Shown: one piece after another, positions 29,838-43,479 of the stretch
Layout: each line of letters opens with the position of its first letter
Position numbering within the stretch: position 1 is the stretch's first letter
Assembly (NCBI GenBank): GCA_963737905.1
Contig: CAVTUQ010000008.1
Location: 64,001-128,000, forward strand
Length of the DNA stretch: 64,000 nt
Direction of reading: 5' to 3'
Origin: an uncultured delta proteobacterium
GTDB taxonomy: Bacteria > Desulfobacterota > Binatia > UBA9968
The notes under the pieces: model-generated
The model's input: the letters and a program-made list of their open reading frames with translations, nothing else
What the model was told of the DNA's origin: nothing
Databases searched by the model: none
Translations under genes and position numbers: made by a program

Positions 29838-30263
29838 ATGGCGAAGAAGGTGATTGGCGAGATCAAACTTCAGATACCGGCGGGCCAAGCGAATCCAAGC
29901 CCGCCCGTTGGGCCGGCTTTGGGTCAGCGCGGAGTCAATATCATGGAGTTTTGCAAATCCTTCAACGCGGCAACCCAATCACAGCAGGGAATGATTATCC
30001 CTGTGATCGTCACCGTATACGCGGATCGTTCCTTCACATTCGTGACGAAGACCCCACCGGCGTCCGTTCTCTTAAAGAAGGCGGCGGGGGTTGAAAAAGG
30101 CTCATCGGAGCCTGGGAAAGTGAAGGTTGGCAAGGTTACGCGGGCTCAGGTCAGGGAAATCGCGGAACTTAAGCTCAAAGACCTAACGGCAAAAGATCTC
30201 GCAGCGGCGGAGAAATCTGTCGAGGGTACAGCCCATAGCTTGGGTCTAGAAATCGAAGGTTGA
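29838..30263 (+). CDS. rplK: 50S ribosomal protein L11
   Basis: [19 protein letters not shown]. Confidence 0.98.
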   Translation: MAKKVIGEIKLQIPAGQANPSPPVGPALGQRGVNIMEFCKSFNAATQSQQGMIIPVIVTVYADRSFTFVTKTPPASVLLKKAAGVEKGSSEPGKVKVGKVTRAQVREIAELKLKDLTAKDLAAAEKSVEGTAHSLGLEIEG

Positions 30264-30315
30264 CAAACTCGAGCCTAGCGGCGGGTTTTTCTAAACGACG
30301 GTCTGAAGGAAAAAT

Positions 30316-31020
30316 ATGAGCGGAAACGGAAAATCCTATCGAGCTGCGTTGGCGAAACTCGATCGTAACCAGCGCTATGTTTTGGAAGACGGTCTTCGAC
30401 TCGTGAAGGAAACGGCCCGTGCCAAGTTTGACGAAACCGTTGAGATCGCCGTGCGCTTGGGTGTGGATCCTCGGCAAGCAGACCAGAACGTCCGGGGCAC
30501 GGTGAGTCTGCCGCACGGGATGGGGAAAACCGTTCGGGTTCTTGCCTTCGCCAAAGGGGAGAAGGAAAAGGAGGCGCGAGAGGCTGGAGCGGACTTTGTC
30601 GGTAGTGAGGAGCTTATCAAGAAAATAAGTGAGGGCTGGTTAGACTTCGACAAGACGGTGGCGACTCCTGACATGATGGCAGTCGTGGGCCGAATCGGTA
30701 AGATTCTGGGTCCTAGAGGGCTCATGCCAAACCCTAGGACTGGGACGGTGACCGGAGACATCGGTAAGGCAATAAAAGAGATCAAAGCAGGTAAACTTGA
30801 ATTTCGCGTGGACAAAGCAGGAATTGTGCATGTGCCGGTGGGGAAGGCTTCTTTCAATCCAGAACAACTGATCGACAATGCAAAGGCCGTCTTGACGTCC
30901 ATTCTAAGGGCCAAGCCCGCTTCCGCTAAGGGAAACTACGTTCGTGGGGTGACGATCTCCGCGACCATGGGACCCGGAATAAAAATCGATCTTTCTCAAC
31001 TGCGCGCCATGGCTGCGTGA
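30316..31020 (+). CDS. rplA: 50S ribosomal protein L1
   Basis: [22 protein letters not shown]. Confidence 0.98.
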   Translation: MSGNGKSYRAALAKLDRNQRYVLEDGLRLVKETARAKFDETVEIAVRLGVDPRQADQNVRGTVSLPHGMGKTVRVLAFAKGEKEKEAREAGADFVGSEELIKKISEGWLDFDKTVATPDMMAVVGRIGKILGPRGLMPNPRTGTVTGDIGKAIKEIKAGKLEFRVDKAGIVHVPVGKASFNPEQLIDNAKAVLTSILRAKPASAKGNYVRGVTISATMGPGIKIDLSQLRAMAA

Positions 31021-31074
31021 GATCGCATCTTTTACGGTAGTGTCCATTTTCTGAATTGATATCAGGAGAAGAGC

Positions 31075-31617
31075 ATGGCGGAATTGGAAATTGTACGCGC
31101 GAGTCACGGCGAAAAGGCTGAGACTGTGGCGTTTGTTCATGAAAAATTCAAAACAGCGAAGATGGCCATTGCCACCGAATATCGCGGCCTTAGCGTGGCT
31201 CAGATGACCCGCCTGAGGCGGACGATTCGTGACGCTTCGGGAGAATATCAGGTCATTAAAAATACCCTCGTGCGCCGGGCGCTTAAGGACACCGCTTATA
31301 GTACGTTGGATCGTTTGCTTGACGGGCCGAATGGTTGGGTTTTCGCGTACGAGGATCCGGTCATGCTCTCCAAAGCCCTCGTCAAGTTTGTTGACGACAA
31401 CGAGAAATTGACGATTAAGGGCGGTGTTTTCGAAGGGGAGTATATGGATCCGGCCAGGGTCAAGGTCTTGGCCCAGATGCCGAGTAAGCCAGAACTTCAA
31501 GCCAAATTACTTGCTCTCATTCAGGCTCCCGCGACTCATCTAGTTCGACTTATGCAGGAGCCGGGAGCGCGGGTTGTTAGATTGATCGAACTATTGCGCA
31601 AGGGAAAGTCAGAGTGA
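31075..31617 (+). CDS. rplJ: 50S ribosomal protein L10
   Basis: YRGLSVAQMTRLR, VIKNTL; synteny. Confidence 0.95.
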   Translation: MAELEIVRASHGEKAETVAFVHEKFKTAKMAIATEYRGLSVAQMTRLRRTIRDASGEYQVIKNTLVRRALKDTAYSTLDRLLDGPNGWVFAYEDPVMLSKALVKFVDDNEKLTIKGGVFEGEYMDPARVKVLAQMPSKPELQAKLLALIQAPATHLVRLMQEPGARVVRLIELLRKGKSE

Positions 31618-31665
31618 TGCCATCGGAGATGTTGGTTTGGAACGAACTTAAAAGGGGGAAGGTTT

Positions 31666-32043
31666 ATGCCAGAGGTATCCAAGGATCAAGTAAAGGACTT
31701 TATCAAGAACATGACGTTGCTGGACGCAGCGGCTCTCGTTAAGGAACTCGAAGAAGAGTTGGGCGTGAGTGCGGCAGCGCCAGTGGCGGTTGCGGCCGCC
31801 GCGGGCCCCGCGGCTGCCGCGGCGGAAGAAAAAACTGAGTTTAACGTTATTCTCGCGGAGGCGGGTGAAAAGAAGATTCAAGTGATCAAGGTCGTTCGGG
31901 AGCTTACTGGTTTAGGCTTGAAGGAAGCTAAGGACCTGGTCGATGGCGCACCCAAAGCTGTTAAAGAGGGCGTCGCCAAGGCGGAAGCGGAAAGCGTCAA
32001 GAAGAAACTCGAGGAGCAAGGAGCCAAAGTCGAGATCAAGTAG
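31666..32043 (+). CDS. rplL: 50S ribosomal protein L7/L12
   Basis: [29 protein letters not shown]. Confidence 0.98.
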   Translation: MPEVSKDQVKDFIKNMTLLDAAALVKELEEELGVSAAAPVAVAAAAGPAAAAAEEKTEFNVILAEAGEKKIQVIKVVRELTGLGLKEAKDLVDGAPKAVKEGVAKAEAESVKKKLEEQGAKVEIK

Positions 32044-32116
32044 TTTACGCTTTCGCGGTTTCTTTTCGGTATTCTAATGACGGGTCAATTATCGAGAGTG
32101 CGATAGAGGAGCAAGC

Positions 32117-35100
32117 ATGCCATTTCAAGTCGCCCATAATTTACGTTTTCGCCGCACGTTCGGCAGGATCAAAAAGATTATTGATCTACCGTATCTGATT
32201 GAAATACAGAAGAACTCCTACGATCAATTCTTGCAACGCGAAGTGGCTCCGGCCCAACGCCAAAATTTCGGCCTGCAGGAAGTCTTTAAATCAGTGTTTC
32301 CGATTAAGGACTTCAATGAGACGGCGTCGTTGGAGTTCGTGAGCTACGCGCTCGGAGAGCCTAAGTACGACGTTGAGGAATGCCATCAACGAGGCATGAC
32401 TTTCGCCGCGCCGTTAAAAGTGACGGTGCAGCTTGTCCTGTGGGACGTCGACGCGCAGACCGGCGCGCGCAGCATCAAAAACGTGAAAGAACAGGAAGTC
32501 TACTTTGGTGAGATCCCCCTGATGACCAAGAACGGCACGTTCATGGTCAACGGAACCGAACGGGTTATCGTCAGCCAACTCCACCGTTCCCCGGGAGTTT
32601 TCTTCGAACACGACAAAGGAAAGACTCACGCCAGCGGGAAGTTGCTCTATTCCGCCCGTGTGATCCCGTATCGAGGCTCATGGGTCGATCTAGAGTTTGA
32701 CCCGCGGGACATTCTTTACGTGCGCATCGACCGCCGCCGCAAGTTCCACGCGACGGTTTTGTTGCGTGCATTGGGAATGACGACGGAGGACCTGCTAAAC
32801 TATTACTATCGGAGCGACACCATCGTTTTTGATGGACGCAAGCCCGCGCTGTTGTTTAATCCGCAGCATCTCCTCGGGGCCAAGGTCGGCTCTGATATAC
32901 GAGATCCGAAAACCAATGATCTGATCGTCAAGGAAGGCAAGAAATTTACCCGACCGGTTCTCCGCCAGATGGAGACCGCCCGGATCAAACAGGTGCCGAT
33001 CGGTTGGGAAGAAATCGTTGGCCGTATTGCCTCCCACGATATTGTGGATTCTCAGACGAAAGAAGTTTTCCTGGAGTGCAACCATGAGATCACACAAGAG
33101 AAGGTAGATCTTATTCGCGAACGAAGCATTCATCAGATCGAGGTCCTGTTCATTGACGAATCCAACGTCGGGCCCTATCTTCGCAATACCCTATTGCAAG
33201 ATCGAATCCGCTCCCCCCAGGATGCTATTCTCGAGATCTACCGACGGCTCCGGCCGGGAGATCCACCTACGGTCGAATCCGCGACTAACTTCTTCAATAA
33301 TCTTTTCTTTAATCCGGATCGCTACGATCTATCCAAAGTAGGCCGGCTCAAACTAAATCACCGGCTGCGACTGAATGTGCCTTTGGAGCAAGGGACGCTG
33401 CGAAAAGAAGACATACTCGAAGTGGTCCGTTATCTGATGGAGCTTAAGAATGGAAACGGCTCTGTGGATGATATCGACCACCTTGGCAATCGCCGCGTGC
33501 GGGCCGTCGGCGAGCTGGTCGAAAACCATTTCCGCGTTGGGTTAGTCAGGATGGAGCGGGCGATTAAAGAGAAGATGAGTCTGCAGGATATCGAAACTCT
33601 GATGCCTCAGGAGCTCATCAACTACAAGCCTGTTTCTGCGGCGCTCAAGGAGTTTTTCGGGTCCAGCCAGCTATCGCAATTCATGGATCAAACTAACCCC
33701 TTATCGGAAATTACCCATAAGCGGCGGCTTTCGGCCCTGGGTCCGGGTGGATTGACACGGGAACGGGCCGGGTTCGAAGTGCGCGACGTTCATCCGACGC
33801 ACTATGGCCGTGTTTGCCCGATTGAGACCCCGGAAGGACCGAACATCGGCCTAATCGCATCTTTGACAACCTATGCGAGGGTCAATGAATTTGGTTTTAT
33901 TGAGACACCGTATCGCGAGGTGGAGAACGGCCGGGTCACCGATCGGATTCGCTACTTATCGGCTCTCGAAGAAGAGGATCACGTCATCGCTCAGGCTAAC
34001 GCGCCTATTGACGGTCGGGGTGTATTTACCGCTGATCTGGTATCGGCGCGCAAGGGTGGCGAGTTCGTCATGGCACGTCCCGAAGAGGTCAATTTCATGG
34101 ACGTTTCGCCGAATCAATTGGTCAGCGTGGCCGCCTCGTTGATTCCTTTCTTGGAAAATGACGATGCCAATCGAGCCCTCATGGGATCGAACATGCAACG
34201 GCAGGCGGTTCCTTTGCTGCGGACCGAAGCTCCTTTTGTCGGTACCGGGATGGAAAAAACCGTTGCGCGGGATTCCGGGGTTACCATCGTGGCCCGGCGG
34301 GATGGTGTAGTGGAAAACGTTGATTCTACCCGGATTGTTGTCAAGGCGGACAAACCTTCCGGTGCGCGGGACACGGGTGTCGATATCTACAATCTGGTTA
34401 AGTATCAACGCTCCAATCAAAATACTTGCGTAAATCAACGACCGATTGTCGTTGTGGGTGACCAGGTGAATGCGGGTGACGTCATTGCGGACGGGCCTTC
34501 CACGGAAATGGGCGAGCTTGCGTTGGGACGCAATGTGGTGGTGGCTCTGATGCCATGGGGCGGTTATAACTTTGAGGACTCGATCCTGATCAGTGAACGG
34601 GTCGTGAAGGAAGATATCTATACGTCGATTCACATCGAAGAGTTCGAGTGTGTTTCCCGCGACACCAAGCTGGGTCCAGAAGAAATCACCCGAGACATTC
34701 CCAACGTCGGCGATGAGGCTCTCACGGACCTTGATGAGAGCGGTATTATCCGAATCGGCGCGGAAGTCAAACCTGGGGATATCCTGGTCGGAAAGATTAC
34801 TCCGAAGGGCGAAACTCAATTATCGCCTGAAGAAAAGCTGTTGCGTGCCATCTTTGGCGAGAAGGCCGGCGAGGTGAGGGATACCTCGCTGAGAGTTCCT
34901 CCGGGCGTAGAGGGGACCATTATCAACGTACGGATCTTCTCGCGCAAAGGGCTGGGTAAGGATGAAAGAAGTAGGGCGATCGAAGACGAAGAAATCACCA
35001 GGCTCAGAAAGGATCAGCATGACGAAGTCCGCATTCTTCAGGAAGGCGCGCTAAAACGGCTCAAAAAACTACTTACCGGACGACGCTTGGCGGTTCGGCT

Positions 35101-36220
35101 GAGTGACGATGGCCGCAAGATTCTTCTTAATAAGGGGAAGGAGCTTACGGAGGAAGATCTCGATCAGTTGCCGATGTCCTATTGGGGCGATATCCGAATC
35201 GATAATGAATCGGTTGAAGGGGAGCTTAATCGTATTGTCGAAAGCACCACGGAGCAAGTAAGTCTGATCAAAGATCTTTTTGAAGACAAGATCGATAAAT
35301 TGCGCGGTGGGGATGAACTCCCGCCTGGCGTTATCAAGATGGTCAAGGTTTTCGTCGCCATTAAACGGAAGCTGCAGGTGGGTGACAAAATGGCCGGGCG
35401 GCACGGGAATAAAGGGGTTATCTCGCGCATTTTGCCAGAAGAAGATATGCCGTATCTCGAGGACGGAACTCCGGTCGACGTGGTGCTCAATCCCTTGGGG
35501 GTTCCTTCTCGAATGAATGTCGGACAGATTCTCGAGGCGCATTTAGGGTGGGCGGCGAGAAGTCTCGGACAGCAGATCGACGAGTTATTGCGCGGTCATA
35601 GTGACGAGATTGATGCTATCAGGCGACGACTCAAGGAGTATTTGAATACTAAGGAGGCGAGCGAGCTGATTGAGGGAGCCAAGGAGGCCGATGTTTTCAA
35701 ACTTGCCGAAAAGTACCGCGGCGGAGTACACCTGGCATCTCCCGTGTTCGATGGGGCTGCCGAAGAAGAGACCTTCAATTTGCTCAGGAAAGCGGGATTG
35801 CCGGTAACCGGTCAAGTAACCCTGTATGACGGCCGCACCGGCGAACCGTTCGACGGTAAAGTGACCGTCGGCGTCATGTACATCATGAAACTTCACCATC
35901 TCGTGGACGACAAGATCCATGCTCGGTCCACGGGACCCTATTCACTCGTCACCCAGCAACCCCTGGGTGGAAAAGCCCAATTTGGCGGTCAGCGGCTCGG
36001 TGAAATGGAGGTGTGGGCACTGGAGGCTTATGGCGCCGCATTTACCCTTCAGGAAATGCTGACGGTGAAGTCGGATGACGTAATTGGCAGGACACGAATG
36101 TACGAGGCAATCGTCAAGGGAGACAATCTGCTTGAGCCCGGACTCCCTGAATCCTTTAACGTTATGGTAAAAGAGCTGCAGAGCTTATGCCTGGATGTCG
36201 ATTTGGTGGAAGAAAAGTAG
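32117..36220 (+). CDS. rpoB: RNA polymerase beta subunit
   Basis: [34 protein letters not shown]. Confidence 0.99.
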   Translation: MPFQVAHNLRFRRTFGRIKKIIDLPYLIEIQKNSYDQFLQREVAPAQRQNFGLQEVFKSVFPIKDFNETASLEFVSYALGEPKYDVEECHQRGMTFAAPLKVTVQLVLWDVDAQTGARSIKNVKEQEVYFGEIPLMTKNGTFMVNGTERVIVSQLHRSPGVFFEHDKGKTHASGKLLYSARVIPYRGSWVDLEFDPRDILYVRIDRRRKFHATVLLRALGMTTEDLLNYYYRSDTIVFDGRKPALLFNPQHLLGAKVGSDIRDPKTNDLIVKEGKKFTRPVLRQMETARIKQVPIGWEEIVGRIASHDIVDSQTKEVFLECNHEITQEKVDLIRERSIHQIEVLFIDESNVGPYLRNTLLQDRIRSPQDAILEIYRRLRPGDPPTVESATNFFNNLFFNPDRYDLSKVGRLKLNHRLRLNVPLEQGTLRKEDILEVVRYLMELKNGNGSVDDIDHLGNRRVRAVGELVENHFRVGLVRMERAIKEKMSLQDIETLMPQELINYKPVSAALKEFFGSSQLSQFMDQTNPLSEITHKRRLSALGPGGLTRERAGFEVRDVHPTHYGRVCPIETPEGPNIGLIASLTTYARVNEFGFIETPYREVENGRVTDRIRYLSALEEEDHVIAQANAPIDGRGVFTADLVSARKGGEFVMARPEEVNFMDVSPNQLVSVAASLIPFLENDDANRALMGSNMQRQAVPLLRTEAPFVGTGMEKTVARDSGVTIVARRDGVVENVDSTRIVVKADKPSGARDTGVDIYNLVKYQRSNQNTCVNQRPIVVVGDQVNAGDVIADGPSTEMGELALGRNVVVALMPWGGYNFEDSILISERVVKEDIYTSIHIEEFECVSRDTKLGPEEITRDIPNVGDEALTDLDESGIIRIGAEVKPGDILVGKITPKGETQLSPEEKLLRAIFGEKAGEVRDTSLRVPPGVEGTIINVRIFSRKGLGKDERSRAIEDEEITRLRKDQHDEVRILQEGALKRLKKLLTGRRLAVRLSDDGRKILLNKGKELTEEDLDQLPMSYWGDIRIDNESVEGELNRIVESTTEQVSLIKDLFEDKIDKLRGGDELPPGVIKMVKVFVAIKRKLQVGDKMAGRHGNKGVISRILPEEDMPYLEDGTPVDVVLNPLGVPSRMNVGQILEAHLGWAARSLGQQIDELLRGHSDEIDAIRRRLKEYLNTKEASELIEGAKEADVFKLAEKYRGGVHLASPVFDGAAEEETFNLLRKAGLPVTGQVTLYDGRTGEPFDGKVTVGVMYIMKLHHLVDDKIHARSTGPYSLVTQQPLGGKAQFGGQRLGEMEVWALEAYGAAFTLQEMLTVKSDDVIGRTRMYEAIVKGDNLLEPGLPESFNVMVKELQSLCLDVDLVEEK

Positions 36221-36266
36221 GTTAACCCCAGTGAAGCCCAAACGCTAAATTCGGAGGTGGCCGTCT

Positions 36267-39200
36267 ATGGAAGATCTATTCAACTTATTTGAAAAGCCGA
36301 AAAATCCCCTGAGTTTCAATGCAATCAAAGTCTCGATCGCCTCACCCGAGAAGATCCGCTCGTGGTCTCACGGCGAGGTTAGGAAACCGGAGACGATCAA
36401 CTACAGAACTTTTAAGCCGGAAAGGGATGGCCTTTTCTGTGCCAAAATTTTTGGTCCAACCAAAGATTACGAGTGTAACTGCGGTAAATATAAGAGGATG
36501 CGGCACCGTGGCGTCGTCTGTGAAAAATGCGGCGTCGAGGTCATTCAGTCCAAAGTCCGCCGGGAGCGCATGGGTCACATCGAGTTGGCGACGCCGGTGG
36601 TCCATATTTGGTTTCTCAAGAGCTTACCCAGCCGCATCGGCGCGCTGCTGGACATGTCGCTCAAAGAAATCGAGAAAGTTCTTTACTTTGAGTCCTACAT
36701 TGTCATCGATCCGGGCGAGACACCACTCAATTACAAAGATCTCTTAACCGAGAGCCAGTATCGCAAAAAGGTCGAGGAGTATGGGGGAAGATTTATTGCC
36801 GAGATGGGAGCGGAGGCCATTCGTAAACTACTCAAAGCGGTCGACGTGGCCAAACTTTCAGAGGATTTGCGTCAGGAGATGCGCGACGCCAATTCCGAAG
36901 TGCGGCGCAAAAAAATGGCCAAGCGATTGAAGGTTATCAATGCCTTTAAGACCTCAGGTAACCGACCCGAGTGGATGGTTTTAGAGGTTATTCCGGTCAT
37001 ACCGCCCGATCTCCGGCCGCTCGTGCCACTTGATGGCGGACGGTTTGCGACCTCAGACCTGAACGATCTTTATCGTCGAGTCATCAACCGGAACAACCGT
37101 TTAAAACGGCTCATGGAACTTAGTGCGCCGGACATGATTATTCGCAACGAGAAGCGCATGCTCCAAGAGGCCGTTGACGCTCTTTTTGACAATGGCCGAC
37201 GTGGGCGCGCGATCACGGGCCAAAACCGTCGCCCGCTGAAATCTTTGAGCGACATGCTTAAGGGGAAAACCGGTCGTTTCCGACAGAACCTGCTGGGAAA
37301 AAGAGTCGACTACTCCGGCCGTTCGGTCATCGTTGTCGGTCCTGAGCTCCGGTTGCATCAGTGCGGGTTGCCGAAAAAAATGGCCCTCGAGCTGTTCAAG
37401 CCTTTCATTTATAACAAACTCGAAGAGCGTGGACTTGTTACCACGATCAAAAGCGCCAAGAAAATGGTGGAAAAGGAACGCCCGGAAGTTTGGGATATTC
37501 TCGATGAAGTGATTCGCGAGCATCCTATTCTCTTGAACCGTGCGCCCACCTTGCACCGCCTGGGTATTCAGGCTTTTGAGCCGATCCTGATCGAGGGCAA
37601 AGCGATTCAGCTCCATCCGCTGGTGTGCGCGGCTTACAACGCGGACTTTGACGGCGATCAAATGGCGGTTCACGTTCCATTATCCGTAGAGGCGCAAGTC
37701 GAAGCTCGGGCGCTGATGATGTCCACGAACAATATTCTTTCACCGGCCAATGGCAAACCGATTATCGTGCCGACGCAGGATATTGTATTGGGGCTATACT
37801 ACATGACCCGCGATAGACTCCATGCGAAAGGCAGCGGACGCATCTTTAGTAACCCAGTCGAGGTCAGGATTGCCTACGATCAAGGGGAAGTGGACCTGCA
37901 GGCACTGGTGACGGTGCGCATCAACGACGAACGTATCGAAACTACGGTGGGCCGAGTGCTTGTCTATGAGGTGGTTCCCCGGGTGATTCCCTTCAAAGAA
38001 GTCAACCGAGTGATGAAGAAAAAGGAACTGGCTAACCTGATTGACGTCAGTTTTCGATTGGCCGGGAACAAGGCCACGGTCATCTTGGCGGATCGTCTTA
38101 AGGACATTGGTTATCGTCATGCCACAAAAGCGGGAATTTCCATTGCCATTAAGGACATGGTGATTCCGCCGAGTAAGGAGCAGTTGCTGAAGAAGGCGCA
38201 TGATGATGTGCGCGAGATTGAGGAGCAATACAAAAACGGTCTTATCACCGACGGCGAGCGCTACAACAAGGTCGTCGATATTTGGGCGGAGGTTACCGAC
38301 CGAATCGCCGACGAAATGTTGCACGATTTGGGTTCGGAAAAAATGACGGATGAGTCGGGCCGGGAGATTTCGGTTCCGAGCTTTAACCCTATTTTCATGA
38401 TGGCCGACTCCGGGGCTCGCGGGAGCGCGCAACAAATTCGCCAGCTTGCCGGTATGCGTGGATTGATGGCGAAGCCCTCCGGTGAAATCATCGAGACTCC
38501 GATCACGGCGAACTTCCGCGAAGGGCTCACCGTGTTGCAATACTTCATCTCGACACACGGCGCGCGTAAGGGCCTGGCCGATACGGCTCTCAAGACCGCC
38601 AACTCAGGCTACCTTACCCGAAGGCTCGTGGACGTGGCCCAAGATGCCGTCATCGGCGAAAACGATTGCGGTACCATGGATGGTATCGAAATTACCCCGC
38701 TCATGGAGGGCGGAGAGATTATCGAACCCCTTGGAGATCGTGTTTTGGGTCGAGTCGCGCTCGAAGACGTCAAAGATCCGTTTACGGGAGATGTCGTTGT
38801 TCAGGCCAACCAAGAGATCGATGAAGAATTAGTTCAACGTATCGAAGAGGCGGGGATCGAGCGAATCAAGATCCGATCGGTACTGACGTGTCAGTCGAAA
38901 CGTGGTGTTTGTATTCTGTGCTATGGTCGCGACCTGGGTCGGGGCCATATGGTCAACCTCGGCGAAGCGATCGGTGTCATTGCCGCGCAATCGATCGGTG
39001 AACCGGGAACACAGCTCACCATGCGGACTTTCCATATTGGTGGGACGGCAAGCCGTAGGGCGGAACAAACCACATTGGAATCCCGAAACGATGGCTCTGT
39101 GAAGTTTGTCAACGTGAGCACGGTCACCAATAAGGAAGGCGATCTCGTGGTGATGAATCGCAACGGGGAAATCGCCATCGTCGATTATCCGGAAGGTGAG

Positions 39201-40394
39201 AAAGGACGAGAGCGAGAAAGGGAGCGTTATCCCGTTGTCTATGGCGCGAAATTGAAAAGAAAAGACGGCGCCAAGATCAAAGCCGGCGAGCTGTTAGCCG
39301 AATGGGATCCCTATACCATTCCAATCCTCACAGAAGTCGCAGGTGCGGTCAAGTTCGGCGACGTTATTGAAGGTGTGACGATGGAAGAAAAGGTCGATGA
39401 GCGGACCGGATTGTCCACGAAAGTGATCATCGACTCCAAGGACGTGGACAAACGGCCGAGAATCTCCATTAAAAATATCGAGGGGCAGACGGCTCGGCTG
39501 TCCGCAACTTCCGAAGCGCGCTATCTCTTGCCCGTGGGTGCTCATATCAACGTTCAAGACAGTCAAACCGTCGACGCGGGTGATGTCCTGGCAAAGATTC
39601 CGCGAGAAACCACCAAAACCAAAGATATCACAGGCGGACTTCCTCGCGTGGCCGAGCTCTTTGAGGCACGCAAGCCGAAAGAATTTGCCGTCATCAGTGA
39701 AATCGACGGAGTCGTTTCATTCGGTAAAGATACCAAGGGTAAACGAAAGGTTGTCGTGACGCCGGAAGTCGGCGAGCCCAGGGAGTATCTCATTCCTAAA
39801 GGGAAGCACATTAGTGTTCATGAAGGGGATCGTATTCGGGCAGGAGAAGCTCTCATGGACGGGTCTTCCAACCCACATGACATCCTTAATATTTTGGGCG
39901 AGAAGGCGCTCGCCAAGTATCTCGTTGATGAAGTACAAGAGATCTATCGTTTGCAGGGCGTTCGCATCAATGACAAGCATATTGAAGTCATCGTGCGCCA
40001 GATGCTGCGACGGGTCCGCATCAAGGAAGTGGGCGATACCGATTTCTTGGTTGGAGATCAGGTCGAAAAGTGGCGATTTGATGATGAGAACCAAAGGGCG
40101 ATTATGCAAAATGGCAAGCCGGCCGTAGCAGAGCCTCTTCTTCTAGGAATCACCAAAGCCTCGCTTTCCACTGAAAGTTTTATCTCGGCTGCGTCGTTCC
40201 AGGAGACCACGAAAGTTCTCACCGAAGCGGCGATTCACGGGAAGATTGATCTTCTCTGCGGTCTCAAAGAGAACGTGATTATGGGACGGCTGATCCCTGC
40301 CGGCACAGGCCTGGCAAGATACTCCAAGGCGGAGATCGAAATCGAAGAGCCAGAGGGGAGCGAAGGAGAAATTCCGCAGGTCGCAGAGGCTTGA
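36267..40394 (+). CDS. rpoC: RNA polymerase beta' subunit
   Basis: [10 protein letters not shown] catalytic motif, zinc fingers. Confidence 0.99.
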   Translation: MEDLFNLFEKPKNPLSFNAIKVSIASPEKIRSWSHGEVRKPETINYRTFKPERDGLFCAKIFGPTKDYECNCGKYKRMRHRGVVCEKCGVEVIQSKVRRERMGHIELATPVVHIWFLKSLPSRIGALLDMSLKEIEKVLYFESYIVIDPGETPLNYKDLLTESQYRKKVEEYGGRFIAEMGAEAIRKLLKAVDVAKLSEDLRQEMRDANSEVRRKKMAKRLKVINAFKTSGNRPEWMVLEVIPVIPPDLRPLVPLDGGRFATSDLNDLYRRVINRNNRLKRLMELSAPDMIIRNEKRMLQEAVDALFDNGRRGRAITGQNRRPLKSLSDMLKGKTGRFRQNLLGKRVDYSGRSVIVVGPELRLHQCGLPKKMALELFKPFIYNKLEERGLVTTIKSAKKMVEKERPEVWDILDEVIREHPILLNRAPTLHRLGIQAFEPILIEGKAIQLHPLVCAAYNADFDGDQMAVHVPLSVEAQVEARALMMSTNNILSPANGKPIIVPTQDIVLGLYYMTRDRLHAKGSGRIFSNPVEVRIAYDQGEVDLQALVTVRINDERIETTVGRVLVYEVVPRVIPFKEVNRVMKKKELANLIDVSFRLAGNKATVILADRLKDIGYRHATKAGISIAIKDMVIPPSKEQLLKKAHDDVREIEEQYKNGLITDGERYNKVVDIWAEVTDRIADEMLHDLGSEKMTDESGREISVPSFNPIFMMADSGARGSAQQIRQLAGMRGLMAKPSGEIIETPITANFREGLTVLQYFISTHGARKGLADTALKTANSGYLTRRLVDVAQDAVIGENDCGTMDGIEITPLMEGGEIIEPLGDRVLGRVALEDVKDPFTGDVVVQANQEIDEELVQRIEEAGIERIKIRSVLTCQSKRGVCILCYGRDLGRGHMVNLGEAIGVIAAQSIGEPGTQLTMRTFHIGGTASRRAEQTTLESRNDGSVKFVNVSTVTNKEGDLVVMNRNGEIAIVDYPEGEKGRERERERYPVVYGAKLKRKDGAKIKAGELLAEWDPYTIPILTEVAGAVKFGDVIEGVTMEEKVDERTGLSTKVIIDSKDVDKRPRISIKNIEGQTARLSATSEARYLLPVGAHINVQDSQTVDAGDVLAKIPRETTKTKDITGGLPRVAELFEARKPKEFAVISEIDGVVSFGKDTKGKRKVVVTPEVGEPREYLIPKGKHISVHEGDRIRAGEALMDGSSNPHDILNILGEKALAKYLVDEVQEIYRLQGVRINDKHIEVIVRQMLRRVRIKEVGDTDFLVGDQVEKWRFDDENQRAIMQNGKPAVAEPLLLGITKASLSTESFISAASFQETTKVLTEAAIHGKIDLLCGLKENVIMGRLIPAGTGLARYSKAEIEIEEPEGSEGEIPQVAEA

Positions 40395-40399
40395 GCTCT

Positions 40400-40428
40400 T
40401 TGACAATGGTGATTTTATTTGTTAATTA
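40400..40428 (+). promoter_or_regulatory. Putative promoter for the str operon
   Basis: TTGACA-17nt-TAATTA with TGn extension, in an AT-rich gap. Confidence 0.5.
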
Positions 40429-40463
40429 AAAAGTTTTTCTAAGGAGTTGTCCGAATAGCCGCT

Positions 40464-40835
40464 ATGCCTACTATTAGTCAACTAGTCCGCGAGAGCAGAG
40501 AGAAGCAGCGCCGCAAGAATACGGCGCCAGCCCTGCAAGGTTGTCCTCAGAAGCGAGGGGTATGCACCCGCGTCTACACATCCACCCCCAAAAAACCGAA
40601 CTCTGCGCTGCGAAAAGTTGCCCGGGTCCGGCTCACGAATGGGATCGAAGTCACTTCTTATATTCCCGGTGTCGGACATAATTTGCAAGAGCATTCTGTC
40701 GTGCTTATCCGAGGAGGTCGTGTCAAAGATCTCCCTGGCGTTCGCTATCACATCATTCGTGGAACTTTGGATTCCATTGGGGTTCAGGAAAGGCGACAGG
40801 GGCGTTCCAAGTACGGAGCGAAGAGACCGAAATAA
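40464..40835 (+). CDS. rpsL: 30S ribosomal protein S12
   Basis: [20 protein letters not shown]. Confidence 0.99.
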   Translation: MPTISQLVRESREKQRRKNTAPALQGCPQKRGVCTRVYTSTPKKPNSALRKVARVRLTNGIEVTSYIPGVGHNLQEHSVVLIRGGRVKDLPGVRYHIIRGTLDSIGVQERRQGRSKYGAKRPK

Positions 40836-40841
40836 AGTCAT

Positions 40842-41312
40842 ATGCCGCGCAAAGGGGAAGTTAGAAAAAGAGAAGTCTTGCCTGACCCGAAATATGGGGA
40901 CAAACTGGTGGCTAAGTTTGTCAACACGATCATGGGTCAGGGCAAGAAGAGTGTGGCGGAGTCGATTTTCTATCACTCGCTCAACATCGTGACCGAAAAG
41001 ACCAAAGAAGATTCCTTGGGGATTTTTAAGAGAGCGATTGAAAATACCCGACCCACGGTGGAAGTTCGGTCGCGTCGTGTGGGGGGGGCGACTTATCAGG
41101 TGCCGATTGAAGTCAGACCCCAAAGACGTCTTTCGCTGAGCATGCGCTGGCTGATCCAGTCTGCCCGCGAGCGCGGGGAGAAATCGATGGAAGAAAAATT
41201 GGCTGCAGAGTTTATCGATGCGGCCAATAATCGGGGCACGGCAATAAAAAAGAAGGAAGATACCCATCGGATGGCGGAGGCGAATCGCGCCTTTGCGCAT
41301 TACCGGTGGTAA
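40842..41312 (+). CDS. rpsG: 30S ribosomal protein S7
   Basis: [24 protein letters not shown]. Confidence 0.99.
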   Translation: MPRKGEVRKREVLPDPKYGDKLVAKFVNTIMGQGKKSVAESIFYHSLNIVTEKTKEDSLGIFKRAIENTRPTVEVRSRRVGGATYQVPIEVRPQRRLSLSMRWLIQSARERGEKSMEEKLAAEFIDAANNRGTAIKKKEDTHRMAEANRAFAHYRW

Positions 41313-41331
41313 CTAGGTTAGAGATGTAGCA

Positions 41332-41369
41332 GGAAAAAAGGAGGCGGTTAGACCGCCTCCTTTTTTTCC
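41332..41369. terminator. Intrinsic terminator-like hairpin (bidirectional) between rpsG and fusA
   Basis: AAAAAAGGAGGCGGT-TAG-ACCGCCTCCTTTTTTT. Confidence 0.7.
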
Positions 41370-41382
41370 AGTGATAGGCAGA

Positions 41383-43479
41383 ATGGCAAGATCAGTTCCA
41401 TTAGAGAAAACCCGCAATATCGGCATCATGGCCCACATTGATGCCGGTAAGACAACCACCACCGAGAGGATCCTGTATTACACCGGGATCAACTACAAGA
41501 TCGGTGAGGTTCACGAGGGCACTGCCACCATGGATTGGATGGTTCAAGAGCAGGAACGCGGGATCACGATTACATCGGCAGCGACGACCTGTTTGTGGCG
41601 CGATCATCGTGTCAACATTATCGACACTCCTGGTCACGTTGATTTTACCATCGAAGTGGAGCGTTCCCTCAGGGTGCTTGACGGGGCGGTGGCGGTTTTT
41701 TGTTCCGTGGGTGGCGTCGAGCCGCAAACTGAAACCGTTTGGCGCCAGGCTGATAAATACGGTGTTCCTAGGATCGCGTTCGTCAACAAGATGGATCGTC
41801 TAGGGGCTGACTTCTTCCGTGTGGTCAAGATGATCGAGGATCGTCTGGGAGCACGACCGGTGGCCTTGCAATTGCCCATCGGGTCTGAAGAGAAATTTGC
41901 TGGAGTCATCGACTTAGTCCAGATGAAAGCAGTGATTTGGGAAGACGATAGCTTAGGGGCCAAATTCCGAGTCGAAGCGATTCCGGAGAGTATGATAGCG
42001 GAGGCTCGGCAGTATCACGACAAGCTTCTGGAAGCCGTTGCCGACTGTGATGAAAGCATCATGGAGAAATACCTCGAAGGAGGGGAGATTGGCGAGAGCG
42101 AACTCCGCCGAGCTATTCGCAACGCGGCCCTTGCCATCAAGCTCGTCCCGGTTCTGTGCGGCTCGGCTTTCCGAAACAAGGGTGTTCAGCCGCTGCTCGA
42201 TGCCGTGGTGGACTACCTTCCGTCGCCTTTGGATATACCTCCGGTGAAAGGGATCAATCCAGACTCTCAGGCGTTGGAAGAACGTCCGGCAAAAGATGAT
42301 GCGCCATTTTCAGCACTCGCTTTCAAGATCATGACAGATCCGTTCGTCGGGACGTTGAGCTTCTTTCGAGTCTATTCGGGTTCGTTGACTTCCGGTGCGG
42401 GCATCTATAATTCAACCAAGAGCAAACGAGAAAGGATTGGTCGACTTCTCAAAATGCACGCTAACAAACGGGAGGAGATCAAGGAGGTTTACGCGGGCGA
42501 TATCGCCGCCGCGGTGGGACTAAGAACAGCCACGACAGGGGATACGCTTTGTGATGAAAGCCATCCAATCATTTTAGAATCCATTGATTTTCCAGACCCG
42601 GTTATCTCTATTGCGATTGAGCCCAAGAGCAAGGCGGATCAAGAGCGACTGGGTCTGTCGCTTCAGAAGCTTGCGACTGAAGATCCCTCTTTTAGAGTTC
42701 GCACCGACGAAGAAACTGGCCAGACCATCATATCCGGCATGGGCGAGCTCCATTTGGAAATCATCGTCGATCGATTGCTGCGGGAATTCAACGTCGGAGC
42801 GAATGTCGGAAAGCCTCAGGTCGCATACAAGGAGACAATCCGTAAGGCCGTGGAGCAACAAGGAAGGTTCGTTCGTCAAACGGGTGGTCGGGGGCAGTAC
42901 GGCGACGTCTGGATTAAGCTCGAACCGTTAGCACCTGGAAGCGGGTTCGAGTTTGTCGATGCTGTTAAAGGGGGCTCGATCCCTCGAGAGTACATTCCAG
43001 CAGTCGAAAAGGGTGTTCGTGAAGCGACGGAAAATGGAGCTCTCGCGGGTTATCCTATGGTGGACTTGCAGGTGACCCTCTTCGACGGTAGCTATCACGA
43101 TGTCGATTCCTCGGAAATCGCTTTCAAAATTGCCGGTTCCATGGCGCTTAAAGCGGCGGCACGCAAAGCAAACCCAGTTCTTCTAGAGCCCATTATGGCT
43201 GTGGAAGTGGTGGTGCCAGAGGCTTTTATGGGCGATGTCATCGGTGACATCAACTCGCGGCGAGGGAAAGTCCTGGGAATGGACACGCGGCCGGCCGCTC
43301 AGGCGATCGACGCACGTGTTCCTCTGGCCGAGATGTTTGGTTACGCCACGGATCTGCGATCTATGACGCAGGGAAGAGCAACATACACGATGCAGTTTTC
43401 ACATTACGAACCGGTGCCCGCGGTCGTAGCCGAAGGTATCGTCGCCAAATATGACGGCGGTGCGAAGAAAGAGCTATGA
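41383..43479 (+). CDS. fusA: Elongation factor G
   Basis: [29 protein letters not shown]. Confidence 0.99.
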   Translation: MARSVPLEKTRNIGIMAHIDAGKTTTTERILYYTGINYKIGEVHEGTATMDWMVQEQERGITITSAATTCLWRDHRVNIIDTPGHVDFTIEVERSLRVLDGAVAVFCSVGGVEPQTETVWRQADKYGVPRIAFVNKMDRLGADFFRVVKMIEDRLGARPVALQLPIGSEEKFAGVIDLVQMKAVIWEDDSLGAKFRVEAIPESMIAEARQYHDKLLEAVADCDESIMEKYLEGGEIGESELRRAIRNAALAIKLVPVLCGSAFRNKGVQPLLDAVVDYLPSPLDIPPVKGINPDSQALEERPAKDDAPFSALAFKIMTDPFVGTLSFFRVYSGSLTSGAGIYNSTKSKRERIGRLLKMHANKREEIKEVYAGDIAAAVGLRTATTGDTLCDESHPIILESIDFPDPVISIAIEPKSKADQERLGLSLQKLATEDPSFRVRTDEETGQTIISGMGELHLEIIVDRLLREFNVGANVGKPQVAYKETIRKAVEQQGRFVRQTGGRGQYGDVWIKLEPLAPGSGFEFVDAVKGGSIPREYIPAVEKGVREATENGALAGYPMVDLQVTLFDGSYHDVDSSEIAFKIAGSMALKAAARKANPVLLEPIMAVEVVVPEAFMGDVIGDINSRRGKVLGMDTRPAAQAIDARVPLAEMFGYATDLRSMTQGRATYTMQFSHYEPVPAVVAEGIVAKYDGGAKKEL

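Noticed and set aside
31021-31074. L10 leader autoregulatory RNA
   Set aside because: The gap is only 54 nt and has no recognisable leader structure.
33650-33760. Antibiotic-resistance alleles in the rpoB rifampicin region (rpsL also checked)
   Set aside because: The region reads [26 protein letters not shown], and the S12 KKPNS and RVKDLP motifs are wild type.
33956-41300. Long antisense ORFs (33956-34819, 37794-38558, 40482-41300 and many similar)
   Set aside because: Shadow frames of highly conserved genes with biased codon usage; no recognisable motifs.
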